Shown piece by piece: positions 10,833-24,207 of a stretch of 64,000 bases of DNA; the first letter of the stretch is position 1; each line of letters starts with the position of its first letter. Source of the stretch: Scyliorhinus canicula (lineage: Eukaryota). Where the stretch lies: contig NC_052153.1 in assembly GCF_902713615.1 (NCBI RefSeq), positions 94,304,301 through 94,368,300 on the forward strand, read 5' to 3'. The position numbers and the translations under genes are program-made. The notes below the pieces were generated by a model, which worked only from the letters and a program-made list of their open reading frames with translations, did no database searches and had not been told where the DNA came from.

Positions 10833-13818
10833 AAGTGGCAGGGGATGGGAATCAGATTAGAAGGTTAGAGGTCAGTAAAGAGGCAGCAACTAAAGCCAGT
10901 AAGGTACTGGATAATAAACTCAATGTGACTAAGGGGAAGAGTAGACAGGGAAGAGATGATGAACGCAAAGGGACAGGTGCATTTATTTTAATGCAAGAAG
11001 TGTAGCAGGTAAGGCAGATGAACTTAGGGCTTGGATTAGTACCTGGGAATATGATGTCATTGTTATTACTGAGACTTGGTTGAGGGAAGGGCAAGACTGG
11101 CAGCTAAATATCCCAGGGTATAGATGCTTCAGGAGGGATAGAGGGGGAGGTAAAAGGGGTGGAGGAGTTGCATTACTGGTCAGAGATGATATCACAGCTG
11201 TGATTAAGGAGGGCACTATGGAGGATTTGTGCACTGAGGCAATATGGGTAGAGCTAAGAAATAGGAAGAGTGCAGTAACATTGTTGGGACTTTACTACAG
11301 GCCTTCCAAAAGCGAGCGTGAAGTAGAGGTATAAATATGTAGACAGATTAGAGAAAAATGTAGGAGCAATAGGGTGGTTGTGATGGGAGATTTTAACTTC
11401 CTCAACATTGAATGAGACTCATGTAGTGTTGGAGGCGTAGATGGAGCAGAATTTGTAAGGAGCATCCAGGAGAGTTTTTTAGAGCAGTATGTAAATAGTC
11501 CAACTCGGGAAGGGGCCATACTGGACCTGGTATTGGGGAATGATCCCAGCCAGGTGGTTGAAGTTTCAGTCGGTGATTACTTTGGGAATAGCGATCACAA
11601 TTCCGTAACTTTTAGAATACTCATGAACAAAGACGAGAGTGGTCCTAAAGGAAGAGTGCTAAATTGGGGAAAGGCCAAGTATAACAAAATTTGGCAGGAG
11701 CTAGGGAATGTGGATTGGGAGCAGCTGCTAATGGTAAATCCACATTTGAAATGTGGGAGTCTTTTAAGGAAAGGTTGATTAGAGTGCAGGACAGACATGT
11801 CCCTGTGAAAATGAGGGATTGAAATGGCAAGATTAGGGAACCATGGATGACGGGTGGAATTGTGAGACTAGCTAAGATGAAAAAGGAAGCATACGTAAGA
11901 TCGAGGCAACTTAAAACTGATGAAGCTTTGGACGAATATCGGAAAGTAGGACAAATCTCAAACGCGCAATAAAGAGGGCTAAAAGGGGTCATGAAATATC
12001 TTTGGCTAACAGGGTTAAGGAAAATCCCAAAGCCTTTTATTCTTATATAAGGAGCAAGAGGGTAACTAGAGAAACGATTGGCCCAGTCAAAGACAAAAGA
12101 GGGAATTTATGCGTGGAGTCAGAGGAAATGGGTGAGATTCTTAATGAGTACTTTGCATCGGTATTCACCAAGGAGAGGGACATGACGGATGTTGAGGCTA
12201 GGGATGGATGTGTAAATACTCTAGGTCAAGTCGGCATAAGGAAGGGGGAAGTTTTGGGTATTCTAAAAGTCATTAAGGTGGACAAGTCTCCAGGACCGGA
12301 TGGGATCTATCCCAGGTTACTGAGGGAAGCGAAGGACGAAATAGCTGGGTCTTTAACAGATATCTTTGCAGCATCCTTGAGCACGGGTGAGGTCCCGGAG
12401 GACTGGAGAAGGGTAGCAGGGATAATCCAGGGAACTAGAGACCTGTGAGCTTGATGTCAGTGGTAGGCAAACTGTTGGAGAAGATACTGAGGGATAGGAT
12501 CTATTCACATTTGGAAGAAAATAGACTTATCAGTGATAGGCAGCATGGTTTTGTGCAGGGAAGGTCATGTCTTACAAACTTAATAGAATTCTTTGAGGAA
12601 GTGACAAAGTTAATTGATGAGGGAAGGGCTGTAGATGTCATATACATGGACTTCAGTAAGGCGTTTGATAAAGTTTCCCATGGCAGGTTGATGGAAAAAG
12701 TGAAGTCGTATGGAGTTCAGGGTGTCGTAGCTAGATGGATAAAGAACTGGCTGGGCAACAGGAGACAGAGAGTAGTGGTGGAAGGGAGTGTCTCAAAATG
12801 GAGAAAGGTGACTAGTGGTGTTCCACAGGGATCCGTGCTCGGACCACTGTTCTTTGTGATATACATAAATGACCTGGACGAAGGTATAAGTGGTCTGATT
12901 AGCAAGTTTGCAGATGATACTAAGATTGGTGGAGTTGCAGATAGCGAGGAGGACTGTCAGAGAATACAGCAAAATATAGATAGATTGGAGAGTTGGGCAG
13001 AGAAATGGCAGATGGAGTTCAATCCAGGCAAATGCGAGGTGATGCATTTTGGAAGATCTAATTCAAGAGCGGACTATATGATCAATGGAAGAGTCCTGGG
13101 GAAAATTGATGTACAGGGAGATCTGGGAGTTCAGGTCCATTGTACCCTGAAGGTGGCAACTCAGGTCGATAGAGTGGTCAAGAAGGCATCCAGCATGCTT
13201 GCCTTCATCGGACGGGGTATTGAGTACAAGAGTCGGCAGGTCATGTTACTGTTATATAGGACTTTGGTTAGGCCACATTTGGAATACTGCGTGCAGTTCT
13301 GGTCGCCACATTACCAGAAGGATATGGATGCTTTAGAGAGGGTGCAGAGGAGGTTCACCAGGATGTTGCCTAGTATGGAGGGTGCTAGCTATGAAGAAAG
13401 GTTGAGTAGATTAGGATTGTTTTCGTTGGAAAGACGGAGGTTGAGGGGGGACCTGATTGAGGTCTACAAAATGATGAGAGGTATGGACAGGGTGGATAGC
13501 AACAAGCTTTTCCCAAGAGTGGGGGTGTCAATTACAAGGGGTCACGATTTCAAGGTGAGAGGGGGAAAGTTTAAGGGAGATGTGCGTGGAAAGTTTTTTT
13601 ACGCAGAGGGTGGTGGGTGCCTGGAACGCTTTGCCAGCGGGGGTGGTAGAGGCGGGCACGATAGCATCTTTAAGATGCATCTGGACAGATATATGAACGG
13701 ACGGGAACAGAGGGAAGTAGATCCTTGGAAAATAGGCAACAGGTTTCGATAAAGGATCTGGATCGGCGCAGGCTGGGCGGGCCGAAGGGCCTGTTCCTGT
13801 GCTGTAATTTTCTTTGTG
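10833..13818 (+). mobile_element. CR1 LINE, near full-length decayed ORF2, in an NMRK1 intron
   Basis: WQGDGN start, APE motifs and a 435-aa RT ORF (12445-13752: QHGF, DFSKAFD, GVPQGS, FADD). It has in-frame stops and frameshifts and a CR1 3' tail. Confidence 0.95.
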
Positions 13819-14762
13819 ACATCGCAAATCACCTCCACTATTTCTTGAGAACTTTCGGGTAAATTAAATCTGTCCTTGATGATTGTTCTGTTTGAGCCCC
13901 CTTAATTTATCCCACATGGTTTCTCTTGATATAATTAAATTATCCGTTTAAGTTTTAGTTTCCTCAGCCATACGAAGGCAGATTCAATCCTTCCACAGTT
14001 ATAAACATCCAAAAGTCTGAAAATTCTTGGTGTTCCACTGCCCCCCTTCAGAACTCTCTGCCTGTCCCTGATGAGATAAAGGGTTTTGGAGTGGAGCCAG
14101 ATGCATGGATGCTCTGCGTTGGTAGTTATGGCTTTACTTGGAACCCATTGTAGTTTTGGATGCAAGTCAGGTGCTGTCGCACTGATCCTGCAAACTCTAG
14201 TGTGGCTGACACAATGCCAGCTTTAACAGTTGCCTCATGTCCTGTGGATTATTGAGGTCACTGTATCTATTCAAATCTCACGCTCTCGGGGTCATCTATA
14301 AATGAGCTATCCTGCATGCATCCTTAATATTTTGTAAATTCCTAGCATAAACAAAAAAACATACCCTCACACTTGATTAAGTTTAACCTGGTCCTTTCTA
14401 AATTCAGATTAGTATGTTTTTTTGTTAATACCTTTTGCTCTCCGAAAGACCTTTTTTGAGAGCAAGTTGCCTAATGAAGTGTCCAAGTGCCACTGTGGCT
14501 TCAACTCATCATGCATTCTTCAATCTTTCACAACTTTGTTTTGGTGCAAAATTGCCCCTCAGCTTCCTTTACTATTAACTTGCTCTCGGTGAGCAGAACA
14601 TTTGAAAGCATGGTATCAGCACACTACCATCCATAAACTTTCCATACCTCGAACGATATAAACATATCTAACCAAAGTTGAGGTTCAGTTCTTAAACTAT
14701 GAATGAGGAACTGTATTTTTGGAGTAAATTTACAACAAATTAAGTTTTTATGTTTTATCCAG

Positions 14763-14811
14763 CCTGTCAATGAGGTAGAGGTCGGAGAAGATGGGTTTCA
14801 GCAGTATGATG
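14763..14811 (+). CDS. NMRK1: NMRK1 exon (49 bp)
   Basis: ccag|CCT..GAT G|gtaaga encodes PVNEVEVGEDGFQQYD, phase 0 to 1. Confidence 0.95.
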
Positions 14812-15402
14812 GTAAGATTTGTCACACCATTGGGAAAGGTTTCTTGATACAATAATGCAGTGGTCACAAATTCTTAATTCAAAGAACAGACTTGTTAGAC
14901 TAGATATGACCTGATTGAAACTGACCTGGGATCTGCATGATTCAAACTTACAAGAACCTACAGAAACATATAACAAATATCAACATATACTGCATTAGAT
15001 GGTGGAACATGCAAAAGGAATTGTCTTAATGTAGGAAAATGTATTTTCTTTACCACTACTTATATCTGTGATATATTTTTGAACTAATCATGAGAAAAAT
15101 GCTTTCAGTATCTTCCCTTCCTCAGTCTCTCCAAACCCTTTTGATTTCTCCTGTGCCCTCTCATGGAATTGAAATGTTCCACCAGGATGTGGCTCTCCTT
15201 TCAGACTCTTGACTTTATTTATGCACCAAAACAAATGGTTGGAACTCAAAACCAGTGAATCTCCATAGGGAAATGAATAGAACTCTGCTATATGTATTAA
15301 AAGGAAAAAAATCATTTACATGTGTGTGCAGACATTTGTGTTTGGTTACATTTTTAAAGAGTTAGTTTCTCATCTGCCAGTAATTATTTTATTAACATTT
15401 AG

Positions 15403-15559
15403 TTATCACAGCTCTGGACATGGAAGCCATGATGAATACAGTTTATGCCTGGATGGAGAACACGACTGCTATGCACGTTGAGCAAAAAGCTCCAATTTTA
15501 TCAGAGAAGAAAGGCCCCAATATTCTACTAGTAGAAGGTTTCCTCCTTTACAACTATAA
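15403..15559 (+). CDS. NMRK1: NMRK1 exon (157 bp)
   Basis: ttag|TT ATC..TAT AA|gtaagt encodes VITALDMEAMMNTVYAWME..NILLVEGFLLYNY, with the conserved EGFLL motif. Confidence 0.95.
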
Positions 15560-15762
15560 GTAAGTTTGCTGTGTCTTTGAAAAATAATCAGTTAATGTAA
15601 TATGCTAATTAATTTATAGTTTTATTAAATTGTTATACAGAAACTAAAAATTAACTGGGTTGTAAAGAAATTATTGGATTGGTCAATATCAAGGTAACAA
15701 CTCTGCTTGGAACATGGGAGCACCAATTGTTTGTGCCACAGCAGTGTGTTCAGTTTGCTTCA

Positions 15763-16038
15763 ATTTTCTTTTTACAAATTTAGAGTACCCAATTATTTTA
15801 TTTTTCCCAATTACGGGGCAATTTAGCCTGGCCAATCCACCTACCCTGCACATCATAGATTATCATAGAATTTACAGTGCAGAAGGAGGCCATTCGGCCC
15901 ATCGAGTCTTTGGGTTATGGGGGTGAAACCTATGCAGACATGGGAAGAATATGCAAACTCCACACAGACAGTGACCCGGGGCCGGGATCGAACCCGGGTC
16001 CTCAGCGCTGTAGGCAGCAGTGCTAACCATTGTGCCCC
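15763..16038 (-). mobile_element. HE1-like SINE (A-rich tail, 14-bp TSD) containing a nested CR1-type SINE tail
   Basis: TSD TTCAG(T/C)TTGCTTCA at 15749-15762 and 16039-16052; foreign tail at ~15853-15909. Confidence 0.88.
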
Positions 16039-16254
16039 TTCAGCTTGCTTCACCTTTACCAACTGCTGAAGCACAGAAATAAATGAATGCACCAGTTCCC
16101 ATTTAAATTAACTCCGAACAAGGTGCTTGAAGAGGTTTTTACCAGTCCTAACAATTTGTGGATCCTGTATCCACTCAGATTTGACGGTGTTGATACGTAT
16201 GACTGGATTTATAATGCTGTATGTAGTGCTTTACACACACATATATGTTTTTAG

Positions 16255-16326
16255 GCCGTTAAATGATGTTTTTAATCAACGCTACTATCTCTCCATTCCG
16301 TATGAAGAATGCAAGAGAAGACGATG
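16255..16326 (+). CDS. NMRK1: NMRK1 exon (72 bp)
   Basis: ttag|G CCG..CGA TG|gtaagg encodes [23 protein letters not shown]. Confidence 0.96.
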
Positions 16327-16405
16327 GTAAGGTCTGATTAAAAATGCTTTAAATACATCATTATCATCAAATGATCTAAAACTGAACAGAATCTCTTTAT
16401 TTTAG

Positions 16406-16512
16406 TTCAAGAGTCTATGACCCACCTGATCCACCTGGAAACTTTGATGGACACGTGTGGCCAATGTACCTCAGAAACAGAAACAAAATGGAAGAGAAAG
16501 TAGCTGACATAA
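16406..16512 (+). CDS. NMRK1: NMRK1 exon (107 bp)
   Basis: ttag|T TCA..ATA A|gtaacc encodes SRVYDPPDPPGNFDGHVWPMYLRNRNKMEEKVADI. It follows a 79-bp intron. Confidence 0.96.
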
Positions 16513-16675
16513 GTAACCATTTTTGCTTTCATTTACATTTTTCTGACCAAATCATGGTTGTTAGATTTCTGTGAATAACAGTTTAATGTCAGAATGTTCT
16601 CAATTTAAATTTGTAAACGCTGCTGTTTTTTGAGGATGTTACTTGTGTGCAGATAAAGGAGAACCAGTGGATATA

Positions 16676-16864
16676 GGGTGGGATTCTCTGTCCCGCCGCA
16701 CCAGTTTTTTGGTGCAGCGCACTCCCACCGGCAGCGGGATTCTCTGTCCCACTAGCCAACCAATGGGGTTTCCCATTGTGGGGAGCCCCATGCCGTTGGG
16801 AAATCCCCGGGCGTGGGTGCGCTGCTGTCGGAATGCAGAGTCCCGACAGTGGAGAATCCAGCGC
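16676..16864. mobile_element. MITE (probably PIF/Harbinger-derived)
   Basis: GC-rich island with terminal inverted repeats GGGTGGGATTCTC...GAGAATCCAGCGC and internal sub-repeats. Confidence 0.65.
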
Positions 16865-16884
16865 GTGGTGTATTTGCATTTTCA

Positions 16885-18120
16885 GAAGGATTTCAGGTAA
16901 CCCATGAGTGGGTCACAATGCATAGATGAAACTTGGCAGGGTTAATGGAAGAGGTTAAAGGGGACTTTGAAAGGTGGGATATGTTGCATTTGACGTTGGC
17001 AGGGAGGGTGCAGGTAGTAAAGATGAATGTGCTGTCTAGGCTCCTGTTTGTCTTTCACGATTTTTCCTTCTACAGTCTTTTTCTGGAAGGTGGAGGCACT
17101 GTTCTCGGATTTTGTGTGGGCAGCGTAGGTGCCGGGGGTAAGGAGTGCCCTACTACAATGAGAGAGGTAGGGAGGGGGGGTTGGCGCTCGAACCTGATGC
17201 ACTACTACTGGGCAGCAAATGTGGAGAAGGTGAGGCACTGGTGGGGAGGGGCAAAGTGGATCAGGTTGGAGGAGGAGGCCTGTAAGGGCTCCAGTTGGAG
17301 GGCTCTGGTGACAGCCCCGTTGCCGCTCGCTCCTGTATATGGGGAGTCCAGAGGTGGAGTCAACTATTAAGTTCTGGAATCAGTTGAGGAGGCACTGTAA
17401 ACTCAGCCACATGTCGGTGCTGACACCACTCTATTGGAACCACAGGTTTAAGCCGGGGCGGATGGATAGATGTATGGGCGTGGAGGGAGGAGGGGTTGGA
17501 GCGGTTCAGGGATATGTTGTTGGAGGGGAAATTCGCTGAATTGGATGAGCTGCGGGAGAGGTTTAAATTACCGCGGGGGAGCGAGTTTAGGTACTGACAA
17601 GTGCGGGGGTTTGTGCGGAAGGAGCTACTGACGTCCCACCTACCGGAGTATACACTGCTACAGAAATTGCTGCTCCCAGGTGAGGTGGGGGAGGGCAGGA
17701 TCCGAGACATATACGAGTGGCTGGGAGAACAGGGTGAGGCGCTGCTGGAAAGAGTTAAGTTGAAATGAGGGGGGGGGTTTGGGGAGAGAGATAGGATGGG
17801 GGCTCTGGTGTAAGGCGATGTGGCGAGTGGACTCAACTTCCTCCAGTGCGAGAATGAGCTTGATTCAGTTTGAAGTGGTGCACAGGGTAAACCTGAAGCG
17901 GGTTCAGATGAGTGAGTTCTTCCTGGGGGTAACCAATGGGCGTGAAAAGTGTGGACAGGGGCCGGCGAATCATGTTCACATGGTTTGGGGTTGTGGCATG
18001 TTGGGAGAGCTTCTGGGAGGCAGTATTTGGGACCTTATCGTGGATGGTGGGGGCCGAGGTGAAGCTGGACACAATGGTGGCAGTCTTTGGGGTCTTGGAG
18101 GTGTTGGAGCTGCTGGAGGT
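16885..18120 (+). mobile_element. Decayed L1/Tx1-like LINE, post-RT region and zinc knuckle
   Basis: LTLAGRVQVVKMNVL, YYWAAN and C..C..PANHVHMVWGC motifs; homologous to the 42476-44865 copy. Confidence 0.85.
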
Positions 18121-18129
18121 CGGATATCC

Positions 18130-20930
18130 AACCTGGAATTTCAGCCTGACTGGGGTTTCTCTGGTTGGCCAATGCAGAATTCATGGACTTCCACCATAGA
18201 AAAACCGGCGCCACACCTGGACCGATTCTTTGACTGCTAAGGGGCTCGAACCGATGCCACATGGAACACAATCGATTCTGATGAGAAACAGTGCAGGATT
18301 TGCCGGTTTCGCGATTCACACTCAAAGGCTGACAAGCTGCAGCCGCATATACAGTCTTTACTCCCCACACACACATCCAAACCAACAAGATGGCATCGAG
18401 GAGAGCAGCCCCGAAGTTTACTGATGCCGAGCTGGATACCCTCTTGGACGCGGTGGAGGAGCATTAGATGACCTTGTATGCCCAGGAAGGAGGCTGCCAG
18501 CTGCCTCCCTTCACTGTGCCTGGGCGCAGGTGACAGAGGCTGAGAGCGCCATGGGGGCCAGCAGTCCGGAGGCCAGCAGTGCCGGACAAAACTGCACAAT
18601 CTCCTCAGGGCAGCCAGGGTGAATAGGCAGCACTGTGCTTTGGCAGTAACCTGCAACCCACAAACCCAGAACCCTACGTCACCCCACTAAGAGAATGGCT
18701 GAACCCCCATCCGCCTCACATGCTGGTACCCATACCAGGTGCCCCGGCCGGGTGTCCTGGAGACTGAGGGCACCAGCTACCCACCCCCTGGCTGCATGCG
18801 TCGGACTGTTGTTTTTCTGTTCCTCCCCCCAGTCCCGGTGAAGGCCCGGCACAACTGCCGGGAATGGGAGAAGACGAGAGGTGGTCTGCCGGACCTGCGG
18901 CCCCTCACTGTGGCCAAGCAGAGGGCCCTGGACTTGGTTGGCGGTCCGGAGGAACGGGTCGTCTCTGAGGTGGAGCTCGGCAGCGGGTGAGGAAGTGAGG
19001 CCCTGCTTAGTTGCAGTTCCCTGTGACACGTGTGCCAGCGCTGACCTCCCTGACCCCCGTAGCACCCTCACCCCCATATCAGCCTCATGCCAACACCACC
19101 ACCCGTCACCCCACACCCCCACGCCCACCCCCGACAACCCCACCCACACGCCAACCCCCGCTGGCCTGTGGTCTAATCATACATTCTGTCTTGTGTCTTG
19201 CAGGACCTGCTGGTGTAGGGGCGGGTCCATCTGGCGTCCCCGCCCCCAGCGAGTGCCAACAGCCGGGGCCCCCCTGTGAGCCGGGCAGTGATGCTGAGAG
19301 CAGCTTGGACACCAGTCCTTCACCCAAAACTCCGGGGATCCTAGAGCTCGGGTCGGAGAATGACACAGATTTCCCATGACAGCTATCTCCAACACCCACC
19401 ACCATCCCAGAGACACTCACTTCAGGTTGGGCATGTTAGTGAAGAGGCTCCTGGGACACTACCTGTTGAGCACCACACAGCTGCTCCGGTACATCAGGTA
19501 GAGGTAGGAGCACCCGAGGAGGTGGATGGTTGGAGGGCGAGCTGACCCCAGGGACTCGCTATCGTCAAGGTGGGTCTTGAGCTTCTGGAACAAACAGTCC
19601 CATCATAGTGGAGATGCAGTCGCAGAGCCAGGGACTACATGAGGGGCTGTCGTCGAGCATCCAGTACCTGCAGGTTCAGTTGGAGGAGTCCAACTGCTTG
19701 CAGGAGCAGGAGGTGGTGCAGACCATGTGTGCCACCCAGGCCAACACCGCAAGGGTGGCATTCGTGGTGGAGGCATTGGGGGTGATGATTTTGGCTATGG
19801 ATCAACAAGGCCAAGGCCTGGGGCGTTCTGTGCAGGCGCTGGCCGAGGCCCAGGACAGGGTTGTCGCCTCACAAGTGACCATGTCCCTGAGCCACCTGGA
19901 AATTGTAGCGCTCTTGAGCGTGGCCCAGTCACAGCAGGCCATGGCTGGGAACGTTGGTATCATTGCCCAGGCGCCAGTCAATGTGGCACAGACACAGTGA
20001 GAGGTAGCCCAGTCCCAGAGGAAGATGGCGCAGTCACTGGCTGATGTGACACAGCCCCAGAAGGTGGTGGCACAGCCAATGGGTGATGTAGCGCTGTCCC
20101 AGACAGAGATGGACCACTCCCTATGCTACATGGCCACCAGCATGCAGACCCTGGTCGAAATCAGAGCGAGCCTCGAGGACTGGCAGCTCTAGGTGACAGG
20201 GCAACTTCGGGAGATAGCTCCCCTTGCACCCCCGTCCCATGGAGTAGCCTGGGGGCCATCGGGCACTCCTGGGAGGAGGTGATGGGGCCTTGCCGGTGAC
20301 GCCCAATGGGGAGGCACCGGAACGCTGCAGCACCTCGGACTCTTCCACCCTCTCCCCCTCCTGTCCCTGCCGCATCTGGTGAGCAGTGAAGCAGGCAGAA
20401 CGGGATGGCACCATGCCACCCGGGACACCCGAGCAACAGCTGGGCCTATCCATGCCCGGTCACCCCAGAAGACGCCCGCCAACGGGGACCCAGGTCGCAG
20501 GCAGGAATCACATCAGGCCGTCTCCATTCCTGCTGTACCATCTGGGGAACCACCTAGATGTAGCATTAGGGCCCATAAGGTCAGGAAGTTAGACACCATT
20601 TAAGTTGGCATAGGTGCAGGGCACAGTTTACTTATAGGGGCTATGGTACAAATCTGTATATATTCTCTCACATTAAACACCTGTTGCCACCTTTACAACT
20701 GCCTCAGTGCTCTGTCTGATGGGTGTGAGGGGTGGTTGGTCAGGTCTGGCTGGGGGAGATGTGTGGGGGGGATGGGCGGACCCTGAGAGGCCCGGGCTCC
20801 CCTCCTGCCTCCTGATCGTCCCTCCCATCCCAGGGATCCAATGGGACCATGTGGTGGAATGGCTAGTTTACATGCAGAGATCACCCAGGTGGACGATGGA
20901 CAGTGCTACTGTGGGCAGGAATCAGCGGTT
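18130..20930 (+). mobile_element. PIF/Harbinger transposon remnant carrying a spliced Myb/SANT-like gene; boundaries approximate
   Basis: GC-rich block. ATG 18390 gives MASRRAAPKFTDAELDTLLDAVEE, then QCRTKLHNLLRAAR|gt (18619), then KARHNCREWEKTRGG, followed by Pro/Ser-rich and coiled-coil segments. No DDE transposase was seen. Confidence 0.75.
18390..20603 (+). pseudogene. Harbinger Myb/SANT-like DNA-binding protein, multi-exon, disrupted
   Basis: In-frame TAG after VEEH, frameshifts and a damaged exon-2 acceptor; acceptor cttgcag at ~19203. Confidence 0.7.
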
Positions 20931-22120
20931 ATGACGTTTCTGCCTTGCTTCCAACGTTCTCCCAACAAAATCACTGTCAGGCTTCTCTGGGTTTGTTTGA
21001 AAGCGTCTGCTGGTTTTCCTTTGAAACCTCCCACTGGTTTCCTTTTGAAACCCCTTTCTGGTTTTCTTTAAAAGCTCTTGCAAGTTTTCTTTCGAAACTG
21101 TTTGCTGGTTTTCCTTTGAAAATTCTCTTTTGCTTGTCGATTTCCGACATGAAAGTTGTGTATTGTTTCACTCTCTTGCTTCTATCTTTTAAAAATATTT
21201 TTATTCTCCTTATTTTCCATTTTTTCATCAAATATACAACCAACAATAACAAGTACAATAGCAATCCCCCGACCAACATCCCCTTCAACATACAAACCCA
21301 AACCTCACCCCTACATCCCAAATACAAAATAAAAAAGCCCAAAAGCGTTCAATTATCTTATCGTAGCTTTTCCTGTCATCCTCCAAGGCAAACTGTAGCG
21401 TGTTATATAAGTTAATTGCTGGGGACCAGCTACAGTCATCAGTAGGGCTATTTTCCTCTGATCCGAAGCCTCCTAGAGACCCTGGGTCTCCAGATAAAAA
21501 GTAAGTTGCTGCTTAAAGCATTCCATTTGGCATGTACATGACCAGTCGTGCAGAGTGGGCCGGGAATCCTGAGTGCCTCCATCTCGCTTCACCTGGTTGT
21601 CTCGAGTTTCGCAGCCGACCTGTTTCCTGTCGAGCTTCCGATGTCCTTGTCGATTTTTTTTATTGTATCTAGTTTTTCCTAACTACACTCGTTTGACACT
21701 CACTCCGTGATACCATGGTAATGTTTTCTGTAAGCACGGATGGCGATGTCTTTGTTGTTAAAGTGATCAGAGAACATATGGCTTTGTAAATGAACAGAAC
21801 TGTTTTTTAACTAATTAAAATAATAAAGGGTTTCTATAATGTCAAATATGATTGCAGTTGGATTCTATGGCTAAATACAAATAACTATGATTAAGTCGTA
21901 TTAATGACTATTGACTAGGAGCGACTCGGTATGAGACGGGTCTCTGCGCCTGTTCTCCATGTTCTGCTTCACATGCGTCTGTGTTCCAGTAACGTTCTCC
22001 TGTTGATTCGCCAGCTGTGGTTGGAGGCTAGAATTGTAATCTATGCATGCAGGCACTAATGTTTATATACAATTTGGTTATTATATTATATACACAGATG
22101 ATAGTTCACATATCATCACA
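20930..22120 (-). mobile_element. Gypsy (Mag-like) LTR retrotransposon 5' part: LTR 22120-21716, PBS, gag start
   Basis: The minus strand begins TGTGATGATATG and ends ..ACCA. PBS-like TGGTATCACGGAGTG (21715-21701). ATG 21582 gives MEALRIPGPLCTTGHVHAKW/FKQQLTFYLE..DQRKIALLMTVAG/AINLYNTLQF, with frameshifts. Confidence 0.75.
21005..21125. repeat. Degenerate tandem repeat of CTGGTTTTCCTTTGAAA-like units
   Basis: About five imperfect units with ~24-bp spacing. Confidence 0.7.
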
Positions 22121-22797
22121 CACCTTACCCTCATCATACATCACCCTACCGATCTCCATTGCCGCTGCCTGCTTCCTCAACTGATGGGGCAGCATCCTTG
22201 ATGCCTTCTGCCCGTACTTATAAACTGCCCCCCTTGGCCCACTGCAACTTATTTCCTAAATTGAAAAAAATCAAATGAATCTTTAGAAATTGATGCGTAT
22301 GTCTGCATGTTTTAAAACTCTAATATAAGAAATCAGAGTAGTAAAGAGTAAATTTAGACGATCATAATTCTAACCACAGCTGTAAATGTTACGATGAACA
22401 GAAACTTGGGTCGGGCTTTCATGAAGGAGACTGGAAGTGAGAGTCAAGAAAGTTCCTGACTCTAAAACATCTCCATGAAGGAATCCCTTCTCACGATGTT
22501 TTCATTCCAGGATAGTGGAACGGGATGTAGTCAGGCCCTCTTGGCTCCGGGGGCAGGCTCAAGGCTGAAATGGAGACAGATAGATGGAAGGCCTGCAGGC
22601 TAGTCGGCCCGCTTCCATTTTCTGGGACATAGACCCAGTTATTATCAAGACTGTCAAGCCCCTACCCTCATCATCAACCTCCCCCCCGCCTCCATTCCTC
22701 ACTGGCCACCTCCCCACCATGCTTCTTCCGTGTCCCTTCATATCTCCTGCACCCCCTCAGGCCCCTTTCATGTCCCTGCATATTCCTGGCCATCATC

Positions 22798-23159
22798 GGG
22801 GCAGCACGGTAGCATTGTGGAAAGCACAATTGCTTCACAGCTCCAGGGTCCCAGGTTTGATTCCGGCTTGGGTCACTGTCTGTGCAGAGTCTGCACATCC
22901 GCCCCGTGTGTGCGTGTGTTTCCTCTGGGTGCTCCGGTTTCCTCTCACAGTCCAAAGATGTGCAGGTTAGGTGGATTGGCCATGATAAATTGCCCTTAGT
23001 GTCCAAAATTGCCCTTAGTGTTGGGTGGGGTTATTGGGTTATGGGGATACGGTGAAGGTGTCGACCTTGGGTAGGGGGGTGCTCTTTCCAAGAGCTGGTG
23101 CAGACTCGATGGGTCGAATAGCCTCCTTCTGCACTGTAAATTCTATGATAATCTATGAT
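22798..23159 (+). mobile_element. HE1-like SINE with CR1-type tail
   Basis: Full head, core and ..CTGCACTGTAAATTCTATGATAATCTATGAT tail; no TSD seen. Confidence 0.92.
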
Positions 23160-24053
23160 GTCGCCTGATATTCTCAATGTGTCCCAGTGGTCCCCATGCT
23201 CCTCTTATCCTCCATTCACCCCACCTGCATATCTCCTCTTTCCCTTCCATGCCCACCCCTATTATCCAGTATGAGCCTCTAGCAAGTTGTGCAAATCTAC
23301 AAAATCATTCTGAAACTAATATCTGAAGCAGAGCCTTTTTTTCAAAAAAGGTCCGTTTCAAATTTTTAACTCAGAGTATGAATCAATCACAGTCATTCAT
23401 AGTGTCAATACCAGAAGCTTTTTTCCACTTCACACCTTTTAATCTTATGTGAATAAATACAGAAACCACATCGGGAAAAACAAGTGTCTGCTTCTGTTCA
23501 TACAATTGCCAGATGGTCTCGTTATGAATGCTTGGCCGAGCTCCAAGACTGCCCAGTCCAGTGCACTCAGCTCAGCAGGCAATGTTTATGCGGCCTTCAG
23601 AGGAGTACAAGCTTTGTTTGATTGACATCCCTATTATGTTGTAATAGGGTTCTTTTACGTGGCTTTTTATCATTTATTTGCAAAAGATTAATAACTTAAG
23701 TGGAGAAAATCTTATGACATTGATGCTATGAATGGCTGTGATTGACTGCCGGCTAATTGGGAAGATAAGAGGGCAGTCTATTACGATGGAAATATTGAAT
23801 TTTTTTAATGGATGACTTGGGACCAGGTCTACTCATGATTTACAACTCCCTGAGAGGCCGTAAATCACAGTGACTTACAGAAAATGTCCAAGTGCACCCA
23901 AATTTGAGGGAGGGTGGTGGTGGTGTTGGTGGTTTGATGTGCCTGCTCCGATAATAGAGTCAACAAGAGCCGGAGGTCTGCATGTGGGCTGGCTACCTGC
24001 ACCCTGTGATGATATGCATAAGAAATCTTGTATATAATAATGTACATAACGTC

Positions 24054-24072
24054 TGACCACCAGGTGGCAGTG
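24054..24072 (+). promoter_or_regulatory. CTCF-like motif inside the solo LTR
   Basis: TGACCACCAGGTGGCAGTG closely follows the CTCF core consensus CCACCAG(G/A)(G/T)GGC(G/A). Confidence 0.55.
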
Positions 24073-24207
24073 TAAACCTACCATGTGGGGCGGTTGGGAG
24101 TAAGTCGTGTTGGTGGATAGACGTATTTTTCAGTAGCTCGAGGATCGTTAGTTAGTTTTAGTAGTTTGTTTATATTCATTCTAGTTATCTTTACCATGTA
24201 GTTGTTT

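Noticed and set aside
43-13752. Long ORFs as host or viral polymerase genes
   Set aside because: They are CR1 ORF2 fragments broken by stops, frameshifts and a SINE, and are not functional genes.
18237-20600. Many overlapping GC-rich ORFs on both strands as novel genes
   Set aside because: Explained by the high GC of the Harbinger remnant; only the + strand Myb frame has recognisable motifs.
21005-21125. CRISPR-like array
   Set aside because: Vertebrate DNA; degenerate tandem units without unique spacers or cas genes.
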